The notes under the pieces: generated by a model | The model's input: the letters and a program-made list of their open reading frames with translations, nothing else | Database searches by the model: none | Told to the model about the DNA's origin: nothing | IMG/VR virus record: IMGVR_UViG_2667527450_000001 | Coordinates: 9,397 to 73,396 of that record | Direction: 5' to 3' (one strand) | Source: a virus | Taxonomy: Duplodnaviria > Caudoviricetes | DNA: 64,000 nucleotides | Program-made: the position numbers and the translations under genes | Part shown: positions 63,392 through 64,000 of the stretch, in pieces | How positions within the stretch are numbered: position 1 is the stretch's first letter | Layout: each line of letters starts with the position of its first letter

Positions 63392-64000
63392 TCAGATGGC
63401 GATGCTCCACCGGTCGGCAGGCAGAACCAGGTCCGCCGTCTCGACCACTTCGCCGCTGCCGTCGAGACGTGTTCTCTCGATGTACAGAGCGGGCTGGCCG
63501 CTGACCAACCCCAGCACCTCGGCATCGGCCTGGCTCATCGGGCGGACGCTCGCTGTGCATCGGTAGGTCGCGTGCTCTCGGGGTGCCCCGCGGCGCCATG
63601 TCGTCAGTAGCATTGCGGGCCGCCCGTCCGGGTCGAGGCGTTCCACGCGCCAGTAGCGGATGCGCGTGCCGGTTTTGACCTGAAGGCGATTGGCGAGGTC
63701 GGAGTTCGCTGTCGTGGTGCCGGTAGCTGTGTCGCCCTGCCAGTAGGGCCACGGTGCATCGGGGTCGATCAGGGTGCGCTGGGCGCTCTGGCTCGTCACC
63801 CAGAGGCGGGATTTGGGCCTACCTTCGAGGATGCCTTCGGAGCGGAGGAGTTCAATGGCGAGGCGCACGGTCTCATGGTGCACGCCGTAGGTGAGTGCGA
63901 GCGCTCTTCGTGAGGGGATTTGAGTGCCGGGGGCCCATTGACCTGCGGCGATTCGGGCGCGGATGTCGGCGGCGATGTGCCGGTAGCGCGCCTCCGCCAT
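63392..64000 (-). CDS. GntR-family regulator with UTRA-like domain
   Basis: YRHIAADIRARIAAGQWAPGTQIPS..LYIERT..VVET; ATG at window edge. Confidence 0.85.
   Translation of the reverse strand: MAEARYRHIAADIRARIAAGQWAPGTQIPSRRALALTYGVHHETVRLAIELLRSEGILEGRPKSRLWVTSQSAQRTLIDPDAPWPYWQGDTATGTTTANSDLANRLQVKTGTRIRYWRVERLDPDGRPAMLLTTWRRGAPREHATYRCTASVRPMSQADAEVLGLVSGQPALYIERTRLDGSGEVVETADLVLPADRWSIAI

Larger units (their letters stand above)
1..64000. mobile_element. Temperate siphovirus prophage / phage-like element, boundaries outside window or not recognised
   Basis: Contiguous replication, terminase, portal, capsid, tail, tape measure and lysis genes; no host housekeeping genes seen. Confidence 0.9.

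Noticed and set aside
1-64000. IS elements, rRNA genes or recognisable named defence systems
   Set aside because: No transposase, rRNA, methyltransferase or other hallmark motifs recognised by eye; a profile search could still find divergent ones

Overview
High-GC, Streptomyces-like DNA that reads as one continuous temperate siphovirus prophage (or phage-plasmid). No att sites or host housekeeping genes were recognisable, so its boundaries are not visible. Order: replication and early-regulation genes (HTH protein, WhiB-like, tRNA-Leu(UAA), sigma-like, Rep with ori-like repeats, DnaB; 0-8.3 kb); accessory and switch genes (RHH plus GIY-YIG, BRO antirepressor, XRE repressor; 8.3-17 kb); an embedded AICE/pSAM2-like module (NUDIX remnant, KorSA-like GntR, Xis-like HTH, many small genes, Spd-like membrane protein, TraB FtsK ATPase, clt-like repeats; 17-31 kb); a late promoter and terminator followed by apparently intact head, tail and lysis genes (32-56 kb); and a right-arm accessory region (XRE/DUF5753-DUF6879 module, Cre/Xer-like recombinase with a dif-like site, DNA-damage promoters, second GntR). 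Best candidates for novelty: (1) a virion-forming phage carrying its own TraB conjugation module; (2) a GIY-YIG-type nuclease fused to a TraB-like DNA-recognition domain next to clt-like repeats; (3) a bldA-type tRNA; (4) a family of covarying intergenic hairpins; (5) a PafBC-type promoter apparently driving an sRNA. All family and domain names come from motif recognition by eye, not from database searches.
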